Source of the DNA: an uncultured virus (IMG/VR IMGVR_UViG_3300049489_000201) | Lineage: Duplodnaviria > Heunggongvirae > Uroviricota > Caudoviricetes | Direction: 5' to 3' (one strand) | Length of the DNA stretch: 64,000 nucleotides | IMG/VR virus record: IMGVR_UViG_3300049489_000201 | Shown: in pieces, positions 33,418 to 43,020 of the stretch | How the letters are laid out: the number at the start of each line of letters is the position of its first letter | Position numbering within the stretch: position 1 is the stretch's first letter | Made by a program: the position numbers and the translations under genes | The notes under the pieces: generated by a model | What the model was told of the DNA's origin: nothing | Seen by the model: the letters and a program-made list of their open reading frames with translations, nothing else | Database searches by the model: none

Positions 33418-35733
33418 ATGTACCGTGAACTTAATTTAGCCACAAGGCCATACGCATATTACCCGTTTGACTCAGCAACGGCGGACGACTTGATGGCAAA
33501 CGCGGGGTCTGCTGGAACATCAGCATCGAATATGGCTGCTGCAACACCAACATACTTTCAGTCTATCGTTCCAGGATATCTAGCGGCTTCTGGTGCAAGT
33601 GTAGACATCCCTGCTAGTTTTGGTATTGGCGGAAGAGAATCTCAGAGTTTCTCGGTTGATCTTTGGTTTGATTACCAGTCAGCACCGAACCACGCCACGT
33701 CTACATATATAGCAAAGGTCGACGGCGGCGGTTTTCAGTTAATCGCTGGACCATCGGGTCTTTATGTCGAGTTTCGGGCGGTGGATGCAGAACTAACATT
33801 CTCTTTGCAGACACCTATATTTGATCCACTAGAAACACACCATGTAGCACTGATCTGGACCCCAGGTGCAGCCAAACTGTATTTCGACGGAGAATTCATA
33901 GATGAATCATCCGTGCCAGGAGGCTTCGTATTTTACGGGTCAAATAACGACATGAGTTTTGGACCTAACGTGGGCCACGTCACTATTTATGATCGAGCGA
34001 TCACCGAGGCAGATATACAGTTCAAGTATAGCCTTAAGGACTACATCACGTCTCACCGCGAGGGCTGTATGCTCGACGGCGCAGAATTCTTTGACATGAC
34101 AATTACGCCAGAGCAATACACTGACGTAGTTCTAGAAGAGGAACTCGCCTCAGAGGGAAGCATCGGCCAGGCCGAGGATCAGTTCGGAAATCTAGCCCCA
34201 AAGCAAACGCCGAAACTTGTTGCGGAGTCAACGTATTACACGGTGTCAGCACAGGGACTTATCGGTCAGGGAACCTGGGTAATTTGCATTGAAACAATTT
34301 CTGGCAGCCGCGCAACTGATGAATATCTATTTAGCATCGTTAACGCCGCTGAATCGATGGAGGCGTATCTAACCTCAGCCAACGTTCTTAAGATCAACAA
34401 AAACGTATACAACGCGGACGGAACCACCACAACCACTACTTATACGTATGACACTGCCGTCACGGCGAGCGGGTCCAAGGTATTCGTGATGGACTCAAAC
34501 AGGTTATATGTTAAGACGGGATCCACCGGAACGACGTTAAACACGGTGTCGGCTGCCAGTAGCATAGATTTTGTGTTTGATGTAAATAACGCAAGCGTCA
34601 TCAGATTTAAGGGGTCTGCGGACGGGGCAGGCGCTCCAATAGCAACTGCAACTGGATTCTACACACATAACTCACTAATCGATCCAGCCATCACGGGCGG
34701 GAACTACAACACGTACCTTGATCCATACTATGCAACAGGATATTGGCCGGGAACAGGAGCCTACGGACTTAACCCTTCTCCTAAGCAAAGACTTGAGTGC
34801 GCGCCGTATATCCCGACAGATGATACCGTCGCCTGTGCGTACCTTGTTTCACAAAAGTCATATGGTAGCGAAATAACCATGACGACGGACATTGGCTCAT
34901 ATGCAACCAGAGCGCCGATCAGCCCAGTGCCAACATCGGTAATTCCGTTCGCGTCAGTGCCAGGCACGGGCTTTGCAAAGCAGTTGACATCATTTGTTGT
35001 CGATCAAGAAACGGCATGTACGTTGCAGCGCACGCACTATTCTGGAATCAAGTCATCTACGATCAGGTTGTTCTCAACCAGAAAAACGTATAGCGGAGAC
35101 GGCCAGGCATATATTGACTTCACTGGATCTGGATCGATGTGGCTTGCGGACAGAATTAGAAACTCAACCAGCCACAATCCATACGCGGGCGCGAGGTTTG
35201 ATACAGGAACGGTCGGCGGCGTTGTAGTTGACCCATCTGTTGACGGGTCCACGATCCTTTATACCTACCGAGCATTTGAAACATTAGTGTATCTAGACTC
35301 AAGCAGTTCTGGAACAATTATCAGTTTCAACGACGGAAGCACAGAATACTACATGCGTGTTTCTGGAACCTCATGGTCAACCAACATGAGCAACGTCAAG
35401 ATCAACAATGACGCGGCGGCTTCTGGTAAGTCGTTGGCGAGCCTGCGTAACCAGTGGATCCACGTATATATGGAACTGCCATCAACCGTTAATAACCACC
35501 AGGTTTACATCGGTAAGTCATCCACCAACACCGACTACGCAACCAGTTTGGGCATCAGAAATGTCGCGCTGTATCCACGAGTCCTGACGGCGACAGAAAT
35601 TGACGAGCATTACCAGTCATTTGTCGGTCGTTACCTGCTGGACACTGGTGCTATAGATACGCTTTCTATCGATGAAGTTGAGGTGCCGCTGTTGACTTCT
35701 GTCGATTGGGCGAGTTCAACGGTAGCGGCCTGA
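33418..35733 (+). CDS. LamG/concanavalin-like domain virion protein
   Basis: PYAYYPFD, FSVDLW, HHVALIW...LYFDG, IYDRAIT; second LamG-like end (WIHV, VALYPRVLT..EI..HY). Confidence 0.7.
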   Translation: MYRELNLATRPYAYYPFDSATADDLMANAGSAGTSASNMAAATPTYFQSIVPGYLAASGASVDIPASFGIGGRESQSFSVDLWFDYQSAPNHATSTYIAKVDGGGFQLIAGPSGLYVEFRAVDAELTFSLQTPIFDPLETHHVALIWTPGAAKLYFDGEFIDESSVPGGFVFYGSNNDMSFGPNVGHVTIYDRAITEADIQFKYSLKDYITSHREGCMLDGAEFFDMTITPEQYTDVVLEEELASEGSIGQAEDQFGNLAPKQTPKLVAESTYYTVSAQGLIGQGTWVICIETISGSRATDEYLFSIVNAAESMEAYLTSANVLKINKNVYNADGTTTTTTYTYDTAVTASGSKVFVMDSNRLYVKTGSTGTTLNTVSAASSIDFVFDVNNASVIRFKGSADGAGAPIATATGFYTHNSLIDPAITGGNYNTYLDPYYATGYWPGTGAYGLNPSPKQRLECAPYIPTDDTVACAYLVSQKSYGSEITMTTDIGSYATRAPISPVPTSVIPFASVPGTGFAKQLTSFVVDQETACTLQRTHYSGIKSSTIRLFSTRKTYSGDGQAYIDFTGSGSMWLADRIRNSTSHNPYAGARFDTGTVGGVVVDPSVDGSTILYTYRAFETLVYLDSSSSGTIISFNDGSTEYYMRVSGTSWSTNMSNVKINNDAAASGKSLASLRNQWIHVYMELPSTVNNHQVYIGKSSTNTDYATSLGIRNVALYPRVLTATEIDEHYQSFVGRYLLDTGAIDTLSIDEVEVPLLTSVDWASSTVAA

Positions 35734-35776
35734 TACCAGATTTGCATTATGCAGGTCAAAATGGTAATATGCGGTT

Positions 35777-36157
35777 ATGGCTGTTCCGATTCTAGAGAAA
35801 AAAGAAGAAGTTGTTGATAAGGCGAAGCCTCGCGTGCAGGTTGTCGAGGAAACGAACATCGGGCTGTATGTATGGATGCTCCCAACTGGTGAGCCCCTAG
35901 CCGATGAAGACGCTAATATTCTTGCTATTCCAGCAAAGCGCGGAGACAAGCGCCGCATGAAGTTGCTGGCAGACGCCGCAAAGCATTATGGCTACCCAGA
36001 TGGTGAGCCATACTTTTATGCAGGATCGCGCCGAGTTAGCGATGAGGAGTTCTGGGAGCAGATCCACAGAATCCAAAATGGTGAGGTTCCAGACCCATAT
36101 GACATTCCCGCAATCATGGGAGAAATAGAGGCGAAGCGCAGTGGCCTTGGATACTGA
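35777..36157 (+). CDS. conserved hypothetical protein preceding portal
   Basis: GLYVW.LP.G motif; leaderless promoter TTGCAT-17-TAATAT. Confidence 0.7.
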   Translation: MAVPILEKKEEVVDKAKPRVQVVEETNIGLYVWMLPTGEPLADEDANILAIPAKRGDKRRMKLLADAAKHYGYPDGEPYFYAGSRRVSDEEFWEQIHRIQNGEVPDPYDIPAIMGEIEAKRSGLGY

Positions 36158-37676
36158 GGAACTAGAGGACGGAATCCAAATAATGGTGTCACCTGGCACT
36201 CAGCAGACCACTGAGGCCAATGATCCATTCCTTATGACCGCCGAAGAGTTCCTGAAACTCGATGGTTTGTCTAGCGCATTTAAGCGCCGGAAGATGAATA
36301 AGGCAGACCAGGTTCGTACAAAGTCCGCTGAGGTTGGAAGTTTCTTTTCGTATGACAACTTCAACGTCGTAAGCCCAGAATACAACCTTGTATATCTGGC
36401 CAAAATCTACGAAATGTCGAGTCCTCACTACGCAGCCGTTCAGGCGAAGGTTTCTAACATCGTTGACCTAGGATTTGAACTAGAGCCAACCTACAAACTT
36501 AAGAAGAAAATTGAGGACGCATCGTCAGATGCAGTCCGTCGCCGTGCCGAGCGCACCGCCGAGGACGAGCGACAGGATCTACTAATCTGGCTGGATAGTC
36601 TTAACTGGCACCACCCATTCCAAGAAACCCTGCACAACGCATGGATCGACTTTGAGTCGACCGGAAACTGCTACCTAGAAATCGGCAGGACAAAGACGGG
36701 CAAGATCAATTACCTTGGTCACATTCCATCAACCACGATGCGTATCCGCGTCAACCGCGACGGCTTCGTCCAGTTGATCGGAAATAAGGTCGTATTCTTC
36801 CGTAACTTCGGGGACCAGGAAACTCCAAATCCCCTGACTGATGATCCGCGACCAAACGAAGTAATCCATATCGCCAATTATACTCCGGTTAACAGTTACT
36901 ACGGAATCCCAGACATTATTCCTGCGAAGGAAGCCCTGGCGGGAGACGAGTTCGCATCCCGATTCAACCTAGACTACTTTGAGCACAAGGCAGTTCCCCG
37001 CTACATTATTACACTTAAGGGACCAAAACTAGCACTTGCTAGCCAGCGGGCCCTTGTTGAGATGTTCGAAACTGGCGTTAAGGGCAAGAACCACCGCTCG
37101 GTATTCATTCCGCTGCCACCTGATACATCTGATTCGAAGTCTGAATTCAAGATGCAGCCTGTCGAGGCCGGGGCTCAGGACTCTAGTTTCAATGCCTACC
37201 GCAAGATGAATATCGATGAGATTTTCATGGCCCACCGCACACCAAAGACAAAGTCCGGATATATGGATGGCGTCGGTCTTGCTGCTGCCCGCGACGCGGA
37301 TAAGGGATTTAAGGAAACAGTGACTCGACCAAAGCAGTCGATGCTTGAGAAGCGTGTTGACCTTATTTTGAAGACAGTCACCGACAACTGGCGCTTGCAC
37401 TTGAACGAGATGACTCTTTCTGACGAAGAAACTCAGTCTAAGAATGACGAGCGCTACCTACGTATGAAGACAATTGTTCCTAACGAGGTACGTAAGCGCA
37501 TGGGTCTTCCACCACTTCCAGGTGGAGACGAGCCAGTCAAACTCGGAGCAGAGGCCAACGCAGAACTAACCGCCCAGGCGGGCGGCACGAGAACCCGTGA
37601 TGGACAGCGCAGCGGCGGTGCAGATAGTTCTGGAAATGGTAGAAATGCCCAGGGTGACGGTAGGGCTACGCAATAA
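36141..37676 (+). CDS. portal protein
   Basis: TGNCYLEI, NEVIHI, YYGIPD, PNEVRKRMGLPPLPGGD. Confidence 0.9.
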   Translation: MALDTEELEDGIQIMVSPGTQQTTEANDPFLMTAEEFLKLDGLSSAFKRRKMNKADQVRTKSAEVGSFFSYDNFNVVSPEYNLVYLAKIYEMSSPHYAAVQAKVSNIVDLGFELEPTYKLKKKIEDASSDAVRRRAERTAEDERQDLLIWLDSLNWHHPFQETLHNAWIDFESTGNCYLEIGRTKTGKINYLGHIPSTTMRIRVNRDGFVQLIGNKVVFFRNFGDQETPNPLTDDPRPNEVIHIANYTPVNSYYGIPDIIPAKEALAGDEFASRFNLDYFEHKAVPRYIITLKGPKLALASQRALVEMFETGVKGKNHRSVFIPLPPDTSDSKSEFKMQPVEAGAQDSSFNAYRKMNIDEIFMAHRTPKTKSGYMDGVGLAAARDADKGFKETVTRPKQSMLEKRVDLILKTVTDNWRLHLNEMTLSDEETQSKNDERYLRMKTIVPNEVRKRMGLPPLPGGDEPVKLGAEANAELTAQAGGTRTRDGQRSGGADSSGNGRNAQGDGRATQ

Positions 37677-37716
37677 ATTTGCATTTTAATGTAAATTGAA
37701 TTAGCATACAAACACT

Positions 37717-38955
37717 ATGAAGTTCACAAAGGCGCATTTCGATATCGACGGGCAGAACCTAAAGTTCTCCGTTCCTATTGCAAAGGTTGACCAGGAAAAC
37801 CGCACGGTTTCCGGTTTTGCCACGCTAGATAACGTTGACCGCCAGGGTGACATTGTTTCTACTGAGGCAAGTCTAGAAGCATTTCAGGAATTCCGCGGAA
37901 ATCTTCGTGAAATGCACCAGTCAAAGGCTGTCGGTAGGGTTGTTTCATTCTCAGTCGAAGAATTTTACGACGCATCAACCGAGAAGATGTATACAGGTGT
38001 TTGGGTAACAGCATACATCAGCAAGGGCGCACCGAATACGTGGGAAAAGGTTCTAGATGGAACACTTTCAGGATTCAGCATCGGCGGCGAGATTATCGAG
38101 GCCAGCAACGTATTCGACAAGTCATTGGACGTGATGGTTCGTCACATCACAAAGTATTCGCTCGTAGAACTTTCAGTAGTAGATAGCCCAGCGAACCAGT
38201 TGGCCAATATTCTTTCGGTCGTTAAGTCTGACACGGGAGAATTTGTTGTCAAGGGTACCGCAGTGGACATCAAGACAGAAAACATTTTCTGGTGCCCAGA
38301 GCACCAGGTTGCAATAATAAAAGACGGCGAGTCTGCACAGTGCGTTGACTGCTCACGCGATATGGAAAATATTGGGTGGGTAGAAACAGATGACACACAA
38401 AAGGCCGCTGCAATTAGAACCCTGATCAAGAATTACACGGGTTCGACTACAGAAGAAAACCTTGGCGAAGGAGGTAAAAATATGCCAGAAGAAACAGTAG
38501 AGACTGTGGTTTCCGACGACGCTGTTGTTGAGAAGTCTGAGTCTGTAGAAGAAACGGTAGTTGCCGAAGAGGCAACAGAGGCGGTCGAAAAGGCTGTTGA
38601 GGTTGAGGAAGTTGCAACCGAGGAAGTTGATTTTGTCAAGATGTTCTCAGAACTTCGTGACCAGGTCACAAAGTCTGTCGATGAGCGCGCTACCGAGCAA
38701 GCAACGGCGATTGCTGAACTCGCAAAGGCTGTAGCATCGAACTCCGAAACATTTAGCACAACGCTTGAAGAACTGAGCCAGAAGCACGCTGAACTAGCGT
38801 CAGTAGTTTCGGGACTTTCGGAAGCGCTTGGCAATGTAGCAAAGGCCGTCGAAGTTATCGACGAAGCCGACGCAATTAAGAAGTCTGGTGACCTTGGCCG
38901 GTCAACAGAGGTAACAACAAAAAGTATCTGGGGCGACGTTTTCCGCGTACGCTAA
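37717..38955 (+). CDS. HK97-type prohead protease with C-terminal scaffold region
   Basis: VDRQGD, LREMH, GFSIGG, ELSVVDSPAN; acidic coiled-coil C-terminus. Confidence 0.9.
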   Translation: MKFTKAHFDIDGQNLKFSVPIAKVDQENRTVSGFATLDNVDRQGDIVSTEASLEAFQEFRGNLREMHQSKAVGRVVSFSVEEFYDASTEKMYTGVWVTAYISKGAPNTWEKVLDGTLSGFSIGGEIIEASNVFDKSLDVMVRHITKYSLVELSVVDSPANQLANILSVVKSDTGEFVVKGTAVDIKTENIFWCPEHQVAIIKDGESAQCVDCSRDMENIGWVETDDTQKAAAIRTLIKNYTGSTTEENLGEGGKNMPEETVETVVSDDAVVEKSESVEETVVAEEATEAVEKAVEVEEVATEEVDFVKMFSELRDQVTKSVDERATEQATAIAELAKAVASNSETFSTTLEELSQKHAELASVVSGLSEALGNVAKAVEVIDEADAIKKSGDLGRSTEVTTKSIWGDVFRVR

Positions 38956-38988
38956 CCAAAACATTTGAAAAGGTAGGTGAAATAAATA

Positions 38989-39975
38989 GTGAGCAACAAC
39001 GAAATTCTAGAGAAGGTAACTACCACAACCACTCTTGCTGCTGGTTCAGGTGGTCTGCTAAACGCAGAGCAGTCTGACCGCTTCATTGACTACATGTGGG
39101 ACGCTACTGTTCTTGCAAAGGAAGGTTTCGTCAAGCGTATGAAGGCAAACACCGCTGACATCGACAAGGTGGCAGTTGGAAGCCGTATCGCGCGTCTGGC
39201 AACAGAAGCGACTGACGACGGTGTAAACGTCGTTCCTACGTTTACCAAGATCTCAATCACGACCAAGAAGTTGCGTCTTGACTGGGAAGTTTCAACCGAA
39301 TCGGTTGAAGACGGTATCGAAGGATCGCTTGAGGACCACATCGCTCGCCTAATGGCAACTCAGTTCGGAAACGACGTTGAGGATCTAGCCATTAACGGTG
39401 ACACAGGTGGATCCGGCCTTCTATCTGCATTTGATGGTTTCCGCAAGTTGGCCCTAACATCGGGTCAGGTTGTCGACGCCCTTGGTGCAGGTCTTGACAA
39501 GGCTATCTACAACAAGGCAATCAAGGCTATGCCTCGTAAGTACCTACAGCGTCGTAATCAACTACGATTCTACACAGGTTCAAACTTGCAGCAGGACTGG
39601 CTATACGCGCTGACAAGCATCAGCACATCACCTGAATCGATTGCGGCGGCTGTCCTACAGGGTAACCCAACCGCTCGTGAAGGTGCTGCTGGTACAACCA
39701 TTAGCGCGCACGCCTTCGGAATTCCGGTAAAGGAAGTTCCTCTGTTCGATGAAACTCTTGCAGGTACCTACTCTGGTACCTCTGGACAGCACGGTACAGT
39801 AGAACTGACATTCCCAGAAAACCGTATTTGGGGTATCAAGCGTGAGGTCAAGGTTTACTCCAACTTCGCACAGAAGAAGGACACGACTGAGTTCACAGCA
39901 TTCATCCGTGTAGGTGTTCAGATCGAGAACGCTGACGCGTATGTAATTGTTAAGAACGTCAAGATCGCTCCTTGA
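38989..39975 (+). CDS. major capsid protein
   Basis: position after protease; GGLLNAEQSDRFID; EDLAINGD. Confidence 0.9.
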   Translation: MSNNEILEKVTTTTTLAAGSGGLLNAEQSDRFIDYMWDATVLAKEGFVKRMKANTADIDKVAVGSRIARLATEATDDGVNVVPTFTKISITTKKLRLDWEVSTESVEDGIEGSLEDHIARLMATQFGNDVEDLAINGDTGGSGLLSAFDGFRKLALTSGQVVDALGAGLDKAIYNKAIKAMPRKYLQRRNQLRFYTGSNLQQDWLYALTSISTSPESIAAAVLQGNPTAREGAAGTTISAHAFGIPVKEVPLFDETLAGTYSGTSGQHGTVELTFPENRIWGIKREVKVYSNFAQKKDTTEFTAFIRVGVQIENADAYVIVKNVKIAP

Positions 39976-39993
39976 TCTGACCTAACATAGCAC

Positions 39994-40028
39994 GGAGCCG
40001 GTGGTTTTCCACCGGCTCTTTGCTTTTT
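39994..40028 (+). terminator. intrinsic terminator after capsid gene
   Basis: GAGCCGGTGG-TTTTC-CCACCGGCTC plus T-rich tail. Confidence 0.8.
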
Positions 40029-40072
40029 AGTCATTGAATTGCTATAATCACCTAGACCGAAAGGATATGAAT

Positions 40073-40483
40073 ATGAGTTTTGAGAAGCACACGGTAAAGG
40101 AACTAAAGGAAGTCGCCGAGTTCTATGGCGTCGACCTAACAGAAGTTAAGGGCAAGGCAGCCATCATCACTGAGATTCAGACCGATGGTGTAGATTATGC
40201 CGATGCCGTTAAGCAGGTTCTTGCGCCGGACGAACCAGAAGACGATGACGTTGTAGAAACTCCGGTAGTTGCGCCAGTCGCAGTACCAGCGGGACCAACG
40301 CTAGTCGTCAGAATGACTCGACAGAATGCCAGGTACGACGCGGAAGCAAATGGTCGACTATACACGTTTACTCGTGATCATCCATATGCCGCCATGCCTG
40401 AGGCTGATGCCGAGGTAATAACTGATCGTGAGGAAGGCTTTAGAATTGCCAGCCCAAGTGAAGTTAGGGAGTTTTACGGATGA
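40073..40483 (+). CDS. hypothetical protein with N-terminal HeH/Rho-N-like helix
   Basis: TVKELKEVAEFYGVD...KAAII. Confidence 0.65.
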   Translation: MSFEKHTVKELKEVAEFYGVDLTEVKGKAAIITEIQTDGVDYADAVKQVLAPDEPEDDDVVETPVVAPVAVPAGPTLVVRMTRQNARYDAEANGRLYTFTRDHPYAAMPEADAEVITDREEGFRIASPSEVREFYG

Positions 40484-40635
40484 CCATCGGCGACGAATCA
40501 CCAGTCATAGTTGAAGAACTAGTAACGCTGGAAAAGTTTGATGATGCGTCAGGACAGTTAGTGGAGACTATGGTTATCCGTAACGGTGTGATAGAAAGTC
40601 ACATCATTCACAATAAAGAAGATGAAGAGGAATAA
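40480..40635 (+). CDS. 51-aa acidic protein
   Basis: ATGA overlap; GGAG RBS. Confidence 0.45.
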   Translation: MTIGDESPVIVEELVTLEKFDDASGQLVETMVIRNGVIESHIIHNKEDEEE

Positions 40636-40638
40636 TCA

Positions 40639-41013
40639 ATGGCACTAACCACAGCAGGCCGTGACTTTATGGTTGCATCTACCCACGTTGCAGCAACAAC
40701 ACCGTTTAACAACGCAAACACGTACATCGGTGTTGGAGATTCAACCACAGCATTCTCGGCAGCGCATACCGACCTACAGGCCGCATCCAACAAGTTGCGT
40801 AAGGCAATGGATGCAACATACCCACAGGTTACAACAAATGTTGTCGTTTATCGCTCAACATTTGCTACTGGTGATGCAAACTTTGCATGGCAGGAGTGGG
40901 CGGTATTCAACGCAGCAGCAGCCGGAACCATGCTTAATCGCAAGGTCGAGTCTCTAGGCACAAAGACTTCTGCTCAGACCTGGGTTTTCACCGTAACACT
41001 GACAACCACCTGA
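40639..41013 (+). CDS. virion structural protein
   Basis: LTTAG...IGVG...TDL...E.AVF; similar to N-terminus of 62390 gene. Confidence 0.65.
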   Translation: MALTTAGRDFMVASTHVAATTPFNNANTYIGVGDSTTAFSAAHTDLQAASNKLRKAMDATYPQVTTNVVVYRSTFATGDANFAWQEWAVFNAAAAGTMLNRKVESLGTKTSAQTWVFTVTLTTT

Positions 41014-41028
41014 TAGTTTTTGAAACAA

Positions 41029-41068
41029 GCAAATATGGCATCGGGTGAATTCCTGGTGTCATATTTGC
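41029..41068. terminator. long intergenic hairpin
   Basis: GCAAATATGGCATC...GGTGTCATATTTGC. Confidence 0.5.
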
Positions 41069-41091
41069 AATCTTAAGGAGTTTTTGTATAA

Positions 41092-43011
41092 ATGGCAGTA
41101 CGCTTAAAAACAGTCGAGTTCGCTATGACTCCAACTGCGTCAGTGACGGATAACACCCTCACCACACTGACGCAGATGACTGTGTATTTGCCAGAAACAG
41201 GAACCAAGACATTTAGGTCTGTCGTCGCCACCGTAACTGCTGGCCTAAATCAGACAGCAATTGCTACAGCCGTCAACATCAACACTCGCCAGTTGCAGTG
41301 CCGTCTCGGGGCGGCAGCGTACACAGCGAACACTAATGCCAACGCCACATCAACCGCCGACGAAGATATCTTCATTTTCCACTCAGTCAACCTAACGTCT
41401 CACTTCACCACAAACTGGACCGGAACCAGCATGACGTTCGACGCCCAGGTGCTATTTGACTCAGCGAGCGCTAACACACCAACATGGACAAACGTCTGCG
41501 TCACGCTTTCAATTACATACGAATACGACGACACCAGCACCACGCAAATCAAGACGGTGAGAATCCCACTTGATGCACCAACTGGTGCGCTAGGAACCAC
41601 TAAGCCAGCGGCCATCGCAACCATTCCTTTGTTAAATACGGAACTGCCAGAGGCAAGCAAAGTATATCGCAACGCCCACATCGTAGTGGTTGGAAATACA
41701 CATAATGCCTCTGCAACTGACCTCACGTTGACGATGCAGTTGGATGCCACAGCCTCGCATACGAGCGGAACGTTTGAGGGGGTGTCCTCAACTGACTTCG
41801 GCTATCGATATGTGTGGCCGTGTACCAGTGTGCTTAACACCACCATTAGTATGAGTTTCTACATTTGGGCAAACGCTGCCAAGTTCCACCACCCTCAAAC
41901 GTGGCTTGTTGTGACATACGAATTCGATGCATCGAGCGCCAACGACGTATTTGTCAGTTTGCTGGTACCAGCGAACGGTGGTGCTCCTGGTAACCCAACA
42001 GCATCAGACTTTTTGAGGCTTAGGTCACCTGAAATTTGGATTCCAGAGGCTGGAATTGTAGACAAGCAGCAGGCATTTTATGCATACTGGTGGACTACTG
42101 GTCCGAGCGCCGGATTGGCTATGAGGCTGGGAACAAGTTCATTCGTTGGCTATACAGATCTCGGAGCACAGATGGCCGGGACAAATGCGGCTATGATCAG
42201 GCTTGACTCTGCTTTTACTATTGCTCAAGGCTCAAATACTTTAACTGTAGATGTGTATAACACAGAAACAACGTCTGACCTTATGACGGCGTATCAAGGA
42301 TTCTTTATCGTTAACTATACATGCGACAAGCCAACTGGTGGTCATGGCGCTGTGAATCATACCGTGAGATATCAGGTTGATGGTTCGCCAACAACTGGTG
42401 GGCATGCACTTCAAAAAATCGTCGCAGCAACCGCACCAGTTATTCCAGAGTCAGACTATTATCTCAATAACGTTGGTATTCTTTTCAACTATTGGGCACA
42501 GTCCAGTAACAACGGCTTTGCTGGCATGGTTGATGTAGAAAGACTTTCTGGCGAAACTGGCGGGCAGGGCTGGGATAACATATTCCGCTACAACTCTGTG
42601 GCTGACTTCCGCCCCGGAATAAACTGGAACTGGGGAGACGGAACCAAGGACTTCAAGCAGTTTGTCGGTGACGTTCGGGTTGTGCCAGACACCGTCAGAA
42701 AAGACATCGAAACATCAAGGCGCTGGCGTATGCAACAGGGGCAGCAGACCAGTTTTACCGGAGCGCTCGATTTGTGGTTCACATACCACAGTCAAACATG
42801 GTCTGTAGCGGGAACGGTTTCTGGCAGCGCGGGCGGAACAGTAACCCTAAAACTCGTCAAGGCATCGACTGGCGAGGTTGTCAAGACGACTACCAGAACT
42901 GGTAACGGCTCGTACTCTTTTACCTGGTACAACAACACAGAAACTATGTATGTGGACGCCTATGAGGACGGAACGCACCTCGGTCGTTCTGCTTCTGGCG
43001 TCGCAACATAA
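41092..43011 (+). CDS. putative virion fibre/decoration protein
   Basis: 639-aa T-rich beta ORF; AAGGAG RBS. Confidence 0.6.
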   Translation: MAVRLKTVEFAMTPTASVTDNTLTTLTQMTVYLPETGTKTFRSVVATVTAGLNQTAIATAVNINTRQLQCRLGAAAYTANTNANATSTADEDIFIFHSVNLTSHFTTNWTGTSMTFDAQVLFDSASANTPTWTNVCVTLSITYEYDDTSTTQIKTVRIPLDAPTGALGTTKPAAIATIPLLNTELPEASKVYRNAHIVVVGNTHNASATDLTLTMQLDATASHTSGTFEGVSSTDFGYRYVWPCTSVLNTTISMSFYIWANAAKFHHPQTWLVVTYEFDASSANDVFVSLLVPANGGAPGNPTASDFLRLRSPEIWIPEAGIVDKQQAFYAYWWTTGPSAGLAMRLGTSSFVGYTDLGAQMAGTNAAMIRLDSAFTIAQGSNTLTVDVYNTETTSDLMTAYQGFFIVNYTCDKPTGGHGAVNHTVRYQVDGSPTTGGHALQKIVAATAPVIPESDYYLNNVGILFNYWAQSSNNGFAGMVDVERLSGETGGQGWDNIFRYNSVADFRPGINWNWGDGTKDFKQFVGDVRVVPDTVRKDIETSRRWRMQQGQQTSFTGALDLWFTYHSQTWSVAGTVSGSAGGTVTLKLVKASTGEVVKTTTRTGNGSYSFTWYNNTETMYVDAYEDGTHLGRSASGVAT

Positions 43012-43020
43012 GGGGTAGCC

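Noticed and set aside
33418..36157. Terminase upstream of portal
   Set aside because: Neither ORF shows Walker or nuclease motifs; terminase must lie outside the window.
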